64,000 nt of DNA, from assembly GCF_000142905.1 (NCBI RefSeq), contig NW_013657676.1, forward strand, positions 496,001 to 560,000. Reading direction: 5' to 3'. Position 1 is the first letter of the stretch, and each line of letters starts with the position of its first letter. Positions 43,935 to 54,390 of the stretch are shown one piece after another. Origin of the DNA: Thecamonas trahens ATCC 50062. Lineage: Eukaryota > Protista > Apusomonadida. The position numbers and the translations under genes are program-made. The notes under the pieces are model-generated. The model worked only from the letters and a program-made list of their open reading frames with translations. It had not been told where the DNA came from and made no database searches.

Positions 43935-45455
43935 ATGCAGTGGCTCAAGGAGAAGGAGGCAAGGAGAGAGGCAAGGCGATGCCAACTGGAGCGCGAGGAG
44001 AGGTCATCGGCAAGGTTTTCCAAGCCGCTGGATCACTCAAAAGCAGGAAAACAACATGGTGATGAGCTGGTCAGCAGCTCGTTCTGGGACAGGACAAATG
44101 CGTCGATCGAGACGTGGAAGGCCACACGCGCAGGTGTGGGCGAAGGAGATGCTGTAGAGGCGGACAAGCTCGCCCAGCTTCCGGCCATCAATGCCCGGTC
44201 GCGAGAGTTGGCGGCCAAGGCGGACAAGCGGCCGTTTCTGGAGCGGGTCAAGGCTGATCTGGAAACACGCAAGGAGCACCGCCGCAAGGCACGGGCGGCC
44301 GCCGCCGAGCGCGAGGCTGCCGCAACGCACTCGGCCATCCTCGATGCCCGAGCCGGGCCCAAGCGCAAGCCATCATCTCGGCTTCCGCCGCCGCCGCCGC
44401 GACAGGAGCTCCCGCCGCTGAGCGCCAAGCAAGAGGCAGCGGTCTCAAGGCTGACCCAGTGGGAGAACCGCCGCCGGCAGCGCCTGGCTGAGGCCCGGGC
44501 GGCCGCTGCTGCCGACCTGCCGTCGTTTGCACCGCAAATCTCGCAACGGACGAAGCGGCTGGTTGGCCAGTGGAACGATGGTGGCGAGCCTGTCCATGAG
44601 CGGCTGCACCGCGAAGCCACGGTTGCGAGCACCCACACGCAGGCTGTCCGCGTTGCGCTCGTACTTGAGACCATTTTTGACGCCTGCGCCCACGGCGTGG
44701 TGGCCAACGCCATTCTCCAGTCGTCGCAAGCATCTGCTCCGTCGCCACAGGCCACAGCCGCACCCAGCGAGGATGCGCCCTCGCCTGCCAAGCCGACGGC
44801 GGAGGCGACCGCAGTCTCGTCGCCGCGGCGGTCGCGGTATGCGCGCCGAGCTGCGGCCCGCCAAAGGCGGAAGAACCGGGCCAGCGGTTGCCGCGAGCTC
44901 GAGGCCGAGCCTGCAGCCGAGGAAGGGCATGAGAGTGTGAGCGAGAGTGATGCTGGCGGTGGCGATGCGGGCGAGCAAGATCAGTGTGGAATGAGTGCCA
45001 GCGATGCGAGCGACGGCGCAGAGGCCAAGGCCGAGGCTGAGGCCAGCGTCGAGACCGAGATCGGAGGCAGGACCGCAAGCGAGGCCGAGACAACCATCCA
45101 CGATGAGAGTAAGGAGAAGTCGCTGTCACCGGCCGAGCGGCAAGCACTACGCAACGCCGAGATCCAGGCCGCACGCCAGCGAAGGACGGAGCGCAAGTTG
45201 CAGCTGCAGGCGCACATGCAAGAGCTGCAAGAGAAGAAAAAGGCCGAGGCCGCGGCCGCCGAGCGTGCTAAGCGGATGGAGCAAGCGCGCCGCAAGCGGC
45301 TGGCGCAGTCGTCAGGGAACACCCCAGCCATCTCGATCGTGCCATCCAGCCTCGATCGCGACGACGCCGTTCTCGCCTTTGAGTCTTACAGCGAGTCTTC
45401 AGACGATGGCGACCGGCTTGTCCACGGCAGTGATCAGGCACGGCAGCAGCCGTAA
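43935..45455 (+). CDS. hypothetical charged/coiled-coil protein, possibly cytoskeletal
   Basis: 506-aa ORF with two related repeats PAINARSRELA...PFLERV and PSFAPQISQRTKRL...PVHERLH. Confidence 0.55.
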   Translation: MQWLKEKEARREARRCQLEREERSSARFSKPLDHSKAGKQHGDELVSSSFWDRTNASIETWKATRAGVGEGDAVEADKLAQLPAINARSRELAAKADKRPFLERVKADLETRKEHRRKARAAAAEREAAATHSAILDARAGPKRKPSSRLPPPPPRQELPPLSAKQEAAVSRLTQWENRRRQRLAEARAAAAADLPSFAPQISQRTKRLVGQWNDGGEPVHERLHREATVASTHTQAVRVALVLETIFDACAHGVVANAILQSSQASAPSPQATAAPSEDAPSPAKPTAEATAVSSPRRSRYARRAAARQRRKNRASGCRELEAEPAAEEGHESVSESDAGGGDAGEQDQCGMSASDASDGAEAKAEAEASVETEIGGRTASEAETTIHDESKEKSLSPAERQALRNAEIQAARQRRTERKLQLQAHMQELQEKKKAEAAAAERAKRMEQARRKRLAQSSGNTPAISIVPSSLDRDDAVLAFESYSESSDDGDRLVHGSDQARQQP

Positions 45456-45581
45456 AAGGAAGATCAAGATGGGACTGTCACGCGTGTTGGATGATGATCA
45501 GGCGATGGCCATCACCACATCACAGTCACCACCTGACTCGGTCGACGAGTTGACGAGAGGGGGAGAGAAGGGACGGCCAAC

Positions 45582-46241
45582 ATGCTTGCAGACAACACAT
45601 CCGAGCTGAGCAACGTGACAGCGAACATGCAAGCGCCGCTTCTTCCACAGAACCACCGACACACATTGTTGCACACCGACGCCGAAGGAGTGGAAGAGGG
45701 CCTGGCTGGGCGGAGAATGGGTGGCGGTGGTGGCGGCGGTAGGCGTCGCCTGCGACGGGTCGGTCGGCCAAGTGGCGGCGGTGGTCGCGGACGGCGAGCT
45801 GGTTGGTGGGACGGAAAAAAGGTGGCCATGGCTGCTACTGCCACATGCCTGGCCACGGTGCTACTTTACAGCATGGCCTTTCTTCCCATGTGTAATGTCT
45901 ACTTTCGATGTGGCTGCAAGCCGCTGTGGGACGGAGGATCGGCGCAGTGCAACGTCCACTCGGACGTGGGGCCAAAGTGTCCTCAGTGCGCTGCTCCGCC
46001 ATCGGTGGGCTGGATCCCGATGTATGGTGGCGCTATGCTTTCGTTTGCTACCACCCTTGCTGTAGGATTGCAGTGCTCAGGGTGCTGGAGCTGGCGCTGG
46101 CTGCGATGGGCGACCTGGCCCGTGACCCTGCTTGCCTCCTTCTTTGGCTACTCGTTCATCATCGCTGTCTTCTTCCGTCTCGGCACAGACTATCCCTATT
46201 TTCTCACCGGCCCCGATCATCCGAAGGAGCGAATCCTCTAA
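45582..46241 (+). CDS. small 3-TM protein with Cys/His cluster
   Basis: TM segment, then CNVYFRCGCKPLWDGGSAQCNVHSDVGPKCPQC, then two more TM segments. Confidence 0.65.
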   Translation: MLADNTSELSNVTANMQAPLLPQNHRHTLLHTDAEGVEEGLAGRRMGGGGGGGRRRLRRVGRPSGGGGRGRRAGWWDGKKVAMAATATCLATVLLYSMAFLPMCNVYFRCGCKPLWDGGSAQCNVHSDVGPKCPQCAAPPSVGWIPMYGGAMLSFATTLAVGLQCSGCWSWRWLRWATWPVTLLASFFGYSFIIAVFFRLGTDYPYFLTGPDHPKERIL

Positions 46242-46592
46242 CGACTCTGCACCGCCAGACTCGATGGGGACGCCCCGAGGATGTTGACCTTCGCCACCGT
46301 GGATGGCCGCTACTTGTGGCGGGTACTTTGATCGTATCCCGCCGCTTCACCTCCCTTGTGCCCACTCTGTTACACTCCATCGTCTCTTGCAGCCTGTGCC
46401 GACTTGGCGCTGTGCCCGATCCTTTCCCTACCGTTGGCGCGGCGGTCTGTCCACAGCCATCAACCGAGCAGAGCGCTAGCCACGAGTCAGCAGAGTGGGA
46501 GAAAGGCACCAATGGGCACACCTCTCGCAAGTTGCCAACGACAGCCAGCGTCACCAAATCTAGCGCACAGATAGTCAAGTTGGTGTTCCACC

Positions 46593-47735
46593 ATGGTGCG
46601 TTGTTTCTTGGGTGTGACTGTGAGGAATGAGGAGATGGAGTGGTGAGCATACATGTGCGTGTGTGCCTGCGGCCAACGAGAGCACGACTTGGCTCGCATT
46701 TGCAAGTGGCACGTGCGAGACGGGGCGGAGGCACATGGCCGAGTCGCAAGGCATCCATACTCACGATCTCGATGACTGTGATGGTTGACTATGACATGGA
46801 GGTGTATGTAGAGTGGCTATCAGCAACATCAGCAGTCTGGATACGCTCCGCCGCCGTTTGCGCCGCAGGCATCGGCTGCTCCGCCACCAACCAATCCGTA
46901 CGCAGGCTCGATGCCCGCGGCGACGCCATCGCCATCGCCGTCCCCGCCGCCGGGTAGTATGGGTGGGTATGGCGGATCGCCTGCGCCTGTGCATGCAGGA
47001 TATGGTGCGCCTCCAGTGGGAGGATATGGAACACCGCCAGCGGTCGGATATGGGGCGCCGACGGCTGCGCCCGGGGCGAATGTAGCGCGGGCGGGAGGTT
47101 ACGGCGGGCATGGAGTGCAGGGAGGCGGATATGGGGCGACCGGGCAGGCGGGGTACGGCAACCCGTATGTGGCCCCGCAGTTGCAGGCCCGGGCGGCGCA
47201 AGGAGGAGGGCCGACGCCGGGCCATGGCGGGTTTATGGTGGATCTGCTGAGCGCGCCATGTGCCGAGCCGCTGACCTGCTGCTGCTCGATGCCGTTTCCG
47301 TGCGTGGCGGCACACGACCATCGACTGCGGCTGCTGGACCATGACGTGTCGCGGTACAAGTGTTGTAACGACCGGTACTCGCGGTGCACTTCGTGTCTCG
47401 ACGACTGTACGCGCGGCAACGAGGAATGCTGCCTGTGGCTGGAGGCGATCTGCTGCCACGAGTGCGCCATCTACACAAACCGTGCGATGATCCAGGAGCG
47501 GTTTGGGGTGCGCGATAGTGACTGCGACCAGTGCCTGCAGGGCTGCGTGGTGTTCTGCCAGTTCCTCGAGTGCCTGCTGCGGTGTGCGGGCCACGAGGAC
47601 CCGAATCTGCGCCAGCTTGTGGACCTCATTGTCTGCGCCATGTACTCGTGCATGAACGCGCAGCACGAGCACGAGCTCAACGGGCGGCTGGGCCCAAGCA
47701 AGGCGCCGCCACTCCTGGGCGAGATGGCGCGGTAG
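46593..47735 (+). CDS. PLAC8/cornifelin-like Cys-rich protein with G/Y/P-rich N-terminus
   Basis: DLLSAPCAEPLTCCCSMPFPC...CLWLEAICC...NRAMIQERFG...CMNAQHEHEL. The frame is open from 46812 after a TAG acceptor; an ATG|GTGCGT first exon at 46593 is inferred. Confidence 0.75.
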
Positions 47736-47767
47736 TAGACTTTTAGTGGAAGACAATACATGGCAGA

Positions 47768-48832
47768 CTACGAGAGCGGCGAAGCGTGGGTGCGGACGTC
47801 GCTGCGGTCAGAGGCGTGCGAGTGGACGATGCCATCCCACTGCCAGCCGACGACAGCAGTGAGGAAGGAGACCAGCGGCGAGGCGGCGATGGCGAGGACC
47901 GTGTTTGAGCGCGGCGACATAGCGGCCATGGGCCAGCTCATCATGTCGAGGAGTAGGTCAGTGCCGATGTGGAACTCGCGGGCGCGGATGCGCGGGTACA
48001 TGACACCCGCAGCCTGTTCTGCGGTGAGGAGCTCGCCCGAGTCGGACATAGCGACGGTCTCGGGCGGCTTGGTCTCGTTTTCGATGGCAAAGCCAGGCGT
48101 CTCGACGTCGGACGGATAGCAGATGGAGACGGAGACGTCAAAGGGGAGCAGCTCCTGGCGGAGCGAGTCTGCAAAGCCGCGGAGAGCCCACTTTGTGGGC
48201 GCGTACGCAGTGTAGCCGAGCATGCCACACATGGCCATGGCGGAGCTGATGATGGCAATGTGGCCGGAGCGACGGGCGATCATGGACGGAACAATGGCCT
48301 TGGCGCAGCGGACGACGCCCATGTAGTTGACGTCCATGGAGCGGGTAAAGTCTGACTCTTCCAGATCCATAAAGTAGCCGGTGGCCGAGTAGCCAGCGTT
48401 TGCGATGAGGAGCTCGACGGGAGCCTTGGCATCGACCTCAGCCATAGCCCTCGTCACAGCCTCACCATCAGTGACATCGACGGAGAGAGCGTCAACAAAC
48501 TGATCAGCGACGGGATCAGGGAGGGCATTGACGATGGCAGTGAGCTCATCAAGGGCCTTGTCAAGCTTGGCCTGATTCCGAGCCAGAATGGTCACCGAAG
48601 CACCATCTCCAACAGCCAGCTTGGCAAAGGCCAGACCCATACCCTCTGATCCGCCTGTAATGACCACATGCTTGCCCGAGAGGTCGAGGGCAGACGAGGT
48701 GACCGAGTTGACCACAGTCCGTGCCAGCTGTTGAAGGGCAAAGCCAGCAGCGAGTCCAGTGAGTGCAAGTCCAGGCCATGAGTATGCTGACGGGCTGGCC
48801 CATCCTTGGCAGACTCCGCTGAGGTACTCCAT
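47768..48832 (-). CDS. KDSR: 3-ketodihydrosphingosine reductase (SDR)
   Basis: HVVITGGSEGMG, LIANAG, GYTAYAPTKWALRGFADSLRQE and YPSDVETPGFAIENETKPPET. Confidence 0.9.
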   Translation of the reverse strand: MEYLSGVCQGWASPSAYSWPGLALTGLAAGFALQQLARTVVNSVTSSALDLSGKHVVITGGSEGMGLAFAKLAVGDGASVTILARNQAKLDKALDELTAIVNALPDPVADQFVDALSVDVTDGEAVTRAMAEVDAKAPVELLIANAGYSATGYFMDLEESDFTRSMDVNYMGVVRCAKAIVPSMIARRSGHIAIISSAMAMCGMLGYTAYAPTKWALRGFADSLRQELLPFDVSVSICYPSDVETPGFAIENETKPPETVAMSDSGELLTAEQAAGVMYPRIRAREFHIGTDLLLDMMSWPMAAMSPRSNTVLAIAASPLVSFLTAVVGWQWDGIVHSHASDRSDVRTHASPLS

Positions 48833-49362
48833 CTCGAGTTGGCTTGGGGGAGGGGGGGAGGGGGTGGCTGGATGAGTTGAGTGTGGGCTGGGCAGGGAGC
48901 AGGAGCGCCAGCGAGGAGCGAATGCGGTGACGGGGCATGGAAGGGATGATCGTGGTTGCAGGAGGGTGCTTGATCGGGGTGTGGGGTATGGGTTGTGGGG
49001 ATGGGGATGGGTGTGTGGGGTATGGGTTATGGGGATGGGGATGGGTGTGTGGGGTATGGGTTGTGGGGATGGGGTGCTTGATCGGGGGTATGGGTTGTGG
49101 GGATGGGGGTGCGGGGGATGGGGGTGGGCGTGGGAGGTGATTCATCGGGCATGTGTCCCGAATACTGCCCAATCCAAGCCCGATCAGCCCTCCATTCCGC
49201 TCTGCGTGACAAACAGCATCATCAGCCCATGGCATGGGCCCCCGCAGTGAGAGGGGATCCCTCCTCGAAGTCAACCTCGCTCAACACCAGGCAGAGAGCT
49301 CAAGCACCAGAGCTTGGGGCCATAGACGAGCGTCACCTCACTCTGCCATTTGTTTGAACAGT

Positions 49363-51135
49363 ATGGCTGCATTGGAAACCATTGTGTGGTCTGCAGCGCA
49401 AGGTACCATTGCAGTGCTCTTGATGATGAGCATCGGTTTTGCTCTGGGTAAGGCCCACATTCTTGACGGGCACACCCGGACACAGACCTCTCGGGTACGC
49501 TGATCTCCACGACGAGTGAGCTGTGGCTCGATGGGAGGTGAAGAATGAGGAAAGAGGGGACATATACCGGCTGTTGCGGGCTTGCAGGCGCTATCAGGTC
49601 GGGATCTGGCTGGATATCGGGGGTACGAGGTCTGCTGGGGTTGACGTAGCTCGATGCCGAGTCGGGCAAGCGTGGTGCGATCGGCTTCTCCACTGGTAGT
49701 GCTGCCATAATCAGCATGTGATTGATGCTGATTGGCTCGGCGCTTGTTGGTCAACTCGATCATGCGCTCGCGCCTGACGCCGCCGGTTGGCTGGCTTGGC
49801 TCGATCACACCCGCTTGGCGCGATGACGGACTGGCTGGGAGTTTTGAGCCTCCTCCACCACCACTCACCCTCACACCCCTCCCCGCACAGCTTTTGTTTG
49901 TGGTGCTTATACCAGCTCTGCTGTTCCAAGCCATCGGCTCGTCTTTCAAGATCTCCGAGTTTGCCGAGCTGTGGATTGTGCCTGTCGCAGCCATCATCCA
50001 CACCGTGATCGGGCTCGGGCTGGGATGGCTGACTGTGGCGGTGAGCAAGCCGCCGGCGCACTTCCGGACCATGTCTATCCTCTCTGTCGTTCTCGGCAAT
50101 GCCGGCAATCTGCCGCTCTCACTGGTGGCATCGATGGCGACCACTGAGGTCTTCCGCGACCAGCCTGACGCCGAGACTGAGGGCGTCAAGATCATCTCGC
50201 TGTACATGATCGTCACCTCGCTAGTTCTGTGGATGGTCGGCTATCCGCTGATGGGTCTGAGCAAGAACAAGTCGCCGATGTCGGGCTCTGATGAGGAGGA
50301 CGCGAGCGGCAAGCTGCTCACCGAGTCGAGCGAGGCGACGTCTCGCTACTCGGTCCGGAGCACAAGCTCGATCGAGTACAGCACCGAGTCCGAAGCTCAA
50401 GAGGCGGCGTCATCGACAAGCTCGCCCTCGGCATCGACGTGCCTCTCGTCGGCCACAGGGACGACGATCCTTGTCGACACGAGTATGACCCATCTTCAGG
50501 CACCGTCGCCTGCGTACAAGCCGCGGCCCACCCACGGGGCTTGCGGTCAAGTCAAGGCGCTGCGTCGGCACTGGTTGGATCTCAAGGTTGCCCATCCCTG
50601 GTTTGCCTTTGTCTGCGACAAGGTGTTCACTCCGCCGGTGGTGGCGGTCATCCTCGGCCTCGTTGTTGCCGCCATCGAGCCGCTGGCCGACACCATGTTT
50701 GGCGAGGACAAAGCGCTGCGTCCTGTTGGCCGGTCGGCCGTGATCATGGGCAATGGCGTTGTTGGGCTCTCGATGCTAATTCTTGGGGCGTCGCTGGCGG
50801 CGGTCTCGATTGGCAAGAGCGCCAAGCGCATCTCACGGCTCAACATTGCGCTGCTTATCTTTGTCCGCATGGTCGTCTTTGCCGCCATTGGCATCGGCCT
50901 GCTATATGTCTTTGTCTGGCTTGACGTTGTCGACGTCAAGAACAAGATGCTACTGTTCATTCTCATGGTCCAAACCGCGGTTCCCACCGCTCAATCGACG
51001 GTCATCATCGTCGAGCTTCACGGCGGCAACGCCGGCGATGTCTCCACCCTACTGTTCTTCATGTATCTCGCCTCGGTCCCTATCCTCACCTGCTCCATCG
51101 CACTGCAGCTGTATGTCATCGAGTCCATTCAGTAA
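49363..51135 (+). CDS. auxin-efflux-carrier family (PILS-like/Mem_trans) transporter; exons 49363-49494 and 49891-51135
   Basis: IPALLF, GNAGNLPLSLV, FTPPVVAVILG, MLILGASL and VPTAQS; 5+5 TM segments around a Ser-rich loop; phase-0 GTACG...CAG intron. Confidence 0.88.
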
Positions 51136-51146
51136 CAAGTAAACTG

Positions 51147-53537
51147 CTACGATTCGTCCCAGTTGATCGAGAGCAGCTCTGACCGAGTGTCGGCGGCGGT
51201 TGCGGCAGCTGGCGGCGGTTGCGGCGACGCGCGATGCATCGGCGACGCCATGTCGGGAGGCGACATCATGAGCAGCGAGTTGGTGGGTTGGCTACGGCTG
51301 ACCGGCGTGGCGGGCAGCGGTCGCGCAACAAGGTCGTCGGACCTGCGGTCGTCGCCGTCATCGTCGTCGTCATTGTCGTCGTCGTCGTCGTTGCGCGGCT
51401 CGGGCTCGCGGACAAAGAGTGCGAGGAACGCGACCTTGGCGGCAGTCCGCTCTGGCCACACATTGATGGCGTCTGGCTCGCGGAGCATGACCCGCGCAAA
51501 GACCGAGAGCAGATCCTCGACTGCTGGGGCCGAGCTGTCGTCGGCACAGCGGAGGACCTCGCCCATAAACGCCACCAGGTACCAGAACACGTTGTAGTGT
51601 GCGAGCGAGAGCGAGTCGATGATGGTCCGGGCAGCGAGGAGCGGCGACGGCGACATGGTGACGCCAAAGACCTCCGGCGCACGGTCCGGTGGAATGACCG
51701 GCACCGACCAGGAGGCAAGCAGATGGAGGAGGGCGGCGGCCAGCGTATGCGGCGCGAGCTCGCCTCTCGCGGCGCGCAGCGGAATCGCCGCCGGCGACGA
51801 CGAGAGCAGCGCAAGGAGCTCAGCGAGGCCGCGAACAGAGGCCACATCGCGGTCGAGGTCGGCGGCGGCGCGGGTGAAGAGGCCGGGTGTAGCAAGAATG
51901 CTTGGCGAGCGCAGCGCCTCCAGCAGATACCAGAGATGGAGCGGAACGTCGGATGACGACGACCGAGTGAGCGCGTTGAGCGAGGCCCCGAACGGCCATG
52001 GCTTGTAGGTGCCGCGGAGTGGAACGACGATGGCAGGACTTGTCGGATTGCCCTGCAGCGAGAACTGGAGCAGCGCCTCAAGATGGGCGACGCCCGACGA
52101 GTCTGGCCGTAGAGTGCGGCGTGCCACAGCATCCGGCCCAATGAGGACCGTGAGCGCGAGCGAGGTCGAGGCGCCAGGCGCCAGGACACCGGCGAGCGCC
52201 GAGGGTCCGTCGGCGAGCTGGACCCACGACGGGAGTGGGAGGCCGGTGGCTGGGTCACGATGGAGCGAGTACATGGCTGGCAGCGTGTCGGAAGGGTTGG
52301 AGAGAATGAGCTGCAGCTCGAGTGGGTGACCCCAGGCGAGCTCGCCAAAGTCGACCAGCGACGGTTCGACCGCCAGCTGTGGCGGGGTCGACGAGGTCTT
52401 GAGGGCAGAGACCAGGTTGAGCGCGACAGTGCGGGCATCCTGGGCGGCGGCAGCGGCGGCGTGCGAGTCAATAGAGGCAGCACGGGCAATAAAGTGGGCG
52501 GTGACCGGCTTGTGGTCTGAAGTGAGGAGCGCGGTCGTGGTGGTGTACGAGACAAGCGACCAGGCGCCCGGATGAGCAAAGCGGTAAAGGACCCGATCGG
52601 TCCAGGCAGGAACGCGGTTCTTGGACGATGAGTCAAAAATGTTCGTTCCGTTGTCGTACTTGTACGTTGGGATGAACTGGAGCTTTCCCTCCGAGTAGCC
52701 GGCGAAAGCCTTGCCTGCGGCGCGGGCTTTGAGCAGCTGGTCAGACTTGCGCAAAACAGCATAGTCGCCAACGGCTACAGCAGCGCGAACAGTCTCATTT
52801 GGCAGATCGATGCGGTAGTTGAGGTCGCCAAGCCAGACAATAGCGTCAAAGGCGCCGGACGCCGGGGTCCGATCGAGGAACGACAGGCGCCGCGAGAGCT
52901 CGGCAAAGTCCTGGTTGCGCCGGGCCTCCTTGGACTGGCCAGCGGCCAAATGCGAGTTGATGAAGAGCCACTCCTCATCAAAGACGCGAAGGAGCACGCC
53001 TGCGCCACCTTTGTTGCCCATGACGCCGAGAATACCGACGCCGGCCGAGTCTACAGCGAGGACCTTGAGGTGAGGAACGATGCGGGACTTTGCACAGACG
53101 ACGATGAGAATGCCGACTAGCTGTTTGGAGACTACATGGGTGTATCCTCCAGGCACTGCCCTCTTATCCAAGGCAGCTAGAATAGCAGCTTCCCAAGGCG
53201 ATGCCTTTGACGAGTTGTTGAGGAGAAAGGTCTCTGCCGAGAGGTCGAGCTCTTGAAAGCCAACGACGACCAGATCCGGAGCAGGCACTACTTCGTTCAG
53301 CCACACATCCAACGATTCGTGCAGTGCTTTCCCGTTGACATTCCATGTACCTGAAAGCACATGCAGTGTATGACTTGTGCTGTGGAGCTCACGGAGGCTC
53401 GCACTGTGCTTCCCTGCGAACGCCGTCGCCACCGTCAGGTCGCCCGCAGGCGTAGCCCGTCCGCTCGCTCCTCTGTCACCGCTGCTTCCTCCGCCTCGCT
53501 CCTGCCATGGTGGTCTGCTTGACGACGATGACGCCAT
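51147..53537 (-). CDS. OCRL: inositol polyphosphate 5-phosphatase OCRL/INPP5B-like (5-phosphatase-ASH-RhoGAP-like)
   Basis: GTWNVNG, GFQELD, MGNKGG, WLGDLNYRI, PTYKYD, PAWTDRVL and SDHKPV, followed by ASH (VDFGEL) and RhoGAP-like (FGASL...PGLF...HYNVFWYLVAF) regions. Confidence 0.9.
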   Translation of the reverse strand: MASSSSSRPPWQERGGGSSGDRGASGRATPAGDLTVATAFAGKHSASLRELHSTSHTLHVLSGTWNVNGKALHESLDVWLNEVVPAPDLVVVGFQELDLSAETFLLNNSSKASPWEAAILAALDKRAVPGGYTHVVSKQLVGILIVVCAKSRIVPHLKVLAVDSAGVGILGVMGNKGGAGVLLRVFDEEWLFINSHLAAGQSKEARRNQDFAELSRRLSFLDRTPASGAFDAIVWLGDLNYRIDLPNETVRAAVAVGDYAVLRKSDQLLKARAAGKAFAGYSEGKLQFIPTYKYDNGTNIFDSSSKNRVPAWTDRVLYRFAHPGAWSLVSYTTTTALLTSDHKPVTAHFIARAASIDSHAAAAAAQDARTVALNLVSALKTSSTPPQLAVEPSLVDFGELAWGHPLELQLILSNPSDTLPAMYSLHRDPATGLPLPSWVQLADGPSALAGVLAPGASTSLALTVLIGPDAVARRTLRPDSSGVAHLEALLQFSLQGNPTSPAIVVPLRGTYKPWPFGASLNALTRSSSSDVPLHLWYLLEALRSPSILATPGLFTRAAADLDRDVASVRGLAELLALLSSSPAAIPLRAARGELAPHTLAAALLHLLASWSVPVIPPDRAPEVFGVTMSPSPLLAARTIIDSLSLAHYNVFWYLVAFMGEVLRCADDSSAPAVEDLLSVFARVMLREPDAINVWPERTAAKVAFLALFVREPEPRNDDDDDNDDDDDGDDRRSDDLVARPLPATPVSRSQPTNSLLMMSPPDMASPMHRASPQPPPAAATAADTRSELLSINWDES

Positions 53538-54253
53538 AGAGGGGGGGGGGGAGAGCGGGACGAGTGGTGGTCGCGGGGGTAGGTGTGGAGGGGAGGAGAG
53601 GGAGGGCGCGGAGAGGTGGTGATCGACCCCGAGGCGTGATCGATCAGAGCCGATCGAGTAGGGGTGGGGTGTTGATCAAGAGTTGTGGTTGCGGGCTGTG
53701 ATCATAGTTGATTCCTTATTTCATGCAGAGCGTGAGGAGGTTGAATAATGTGGCGTAGAGAAAGTAGGGGGGGGGGAGGGAGGGTATATGGAGGGTTGAG
53801 CGGTGTGTGGGTAGGGGCCGGTGTGAAAAATAATCCATGATCATGTGAATTGACATCGGTTCACACCTGCACAGACATACAAGCAACACACACACAACAC
53901 ACACTCTCTCGGGCTGTGTAGCGGAAGGGAAGAGGAGATGATATTGTAGGGAAGAGAACCTGTGCGAGTGCGGTGAGAACGTTGTTGCTGGCAGTGGGCC
54001 ATGACGGTGTCGGCGTGGATGGCGACAGGCCGTTCACGTTGTCGTTCAGCTGCCGTGAAAAAATACGGTTTGATAGGTTGTCAGGTTTGGCTGGACGAGG
54101 GTGATACAATCCCGACCACAGCCCACGGAAAGGCTATGGTTGACATGGATGAAGTAAGGATGTAAGTGAGAGGTGTCTGGGAGGGGCAAGGGTGGAAAAG
54201 TGGGAAGAATAGCGGAATTGCTCCGGGCGCCAACACCTGCAAAACTGTCATTA

Positions 54254-54296
54254 TGCAGTTTGCAGTTTGCAGTTTTGCAGCTTGCAGTTTGCAGTT
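54254..54296. repeat. TGCAGTT heptamer array (6 copies)
   Basis: tgcagtt tgcagtt tgcagttt tgcagct tgcagtt tgcagtt. Confidence 0.85.
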
Positions 54297-54390
54297 TACA
54301 TTTTGAACAAAGTAGTCAAAACTCGGCGTTTTTTCTCGCTGGGAACAACACAGTAGCATCTGGACACAGCAAGACAACCGAAAGAGAACC

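Noticed and set aside
48960-49135. GGGGTATGGGTTGT-type repeats as telomeric sequence
   Set aside because: An irregular, internal G-rich tract in a divergent promoter, not a uniform telomere unit.
54173-54210. Histone H4/H2A N-terminus (SGRGKGGKVG)
   Set aside because: It has a GTG start, no histone fold follows, and it is purine-rich low-complexity sequence, so the match is coincidental.
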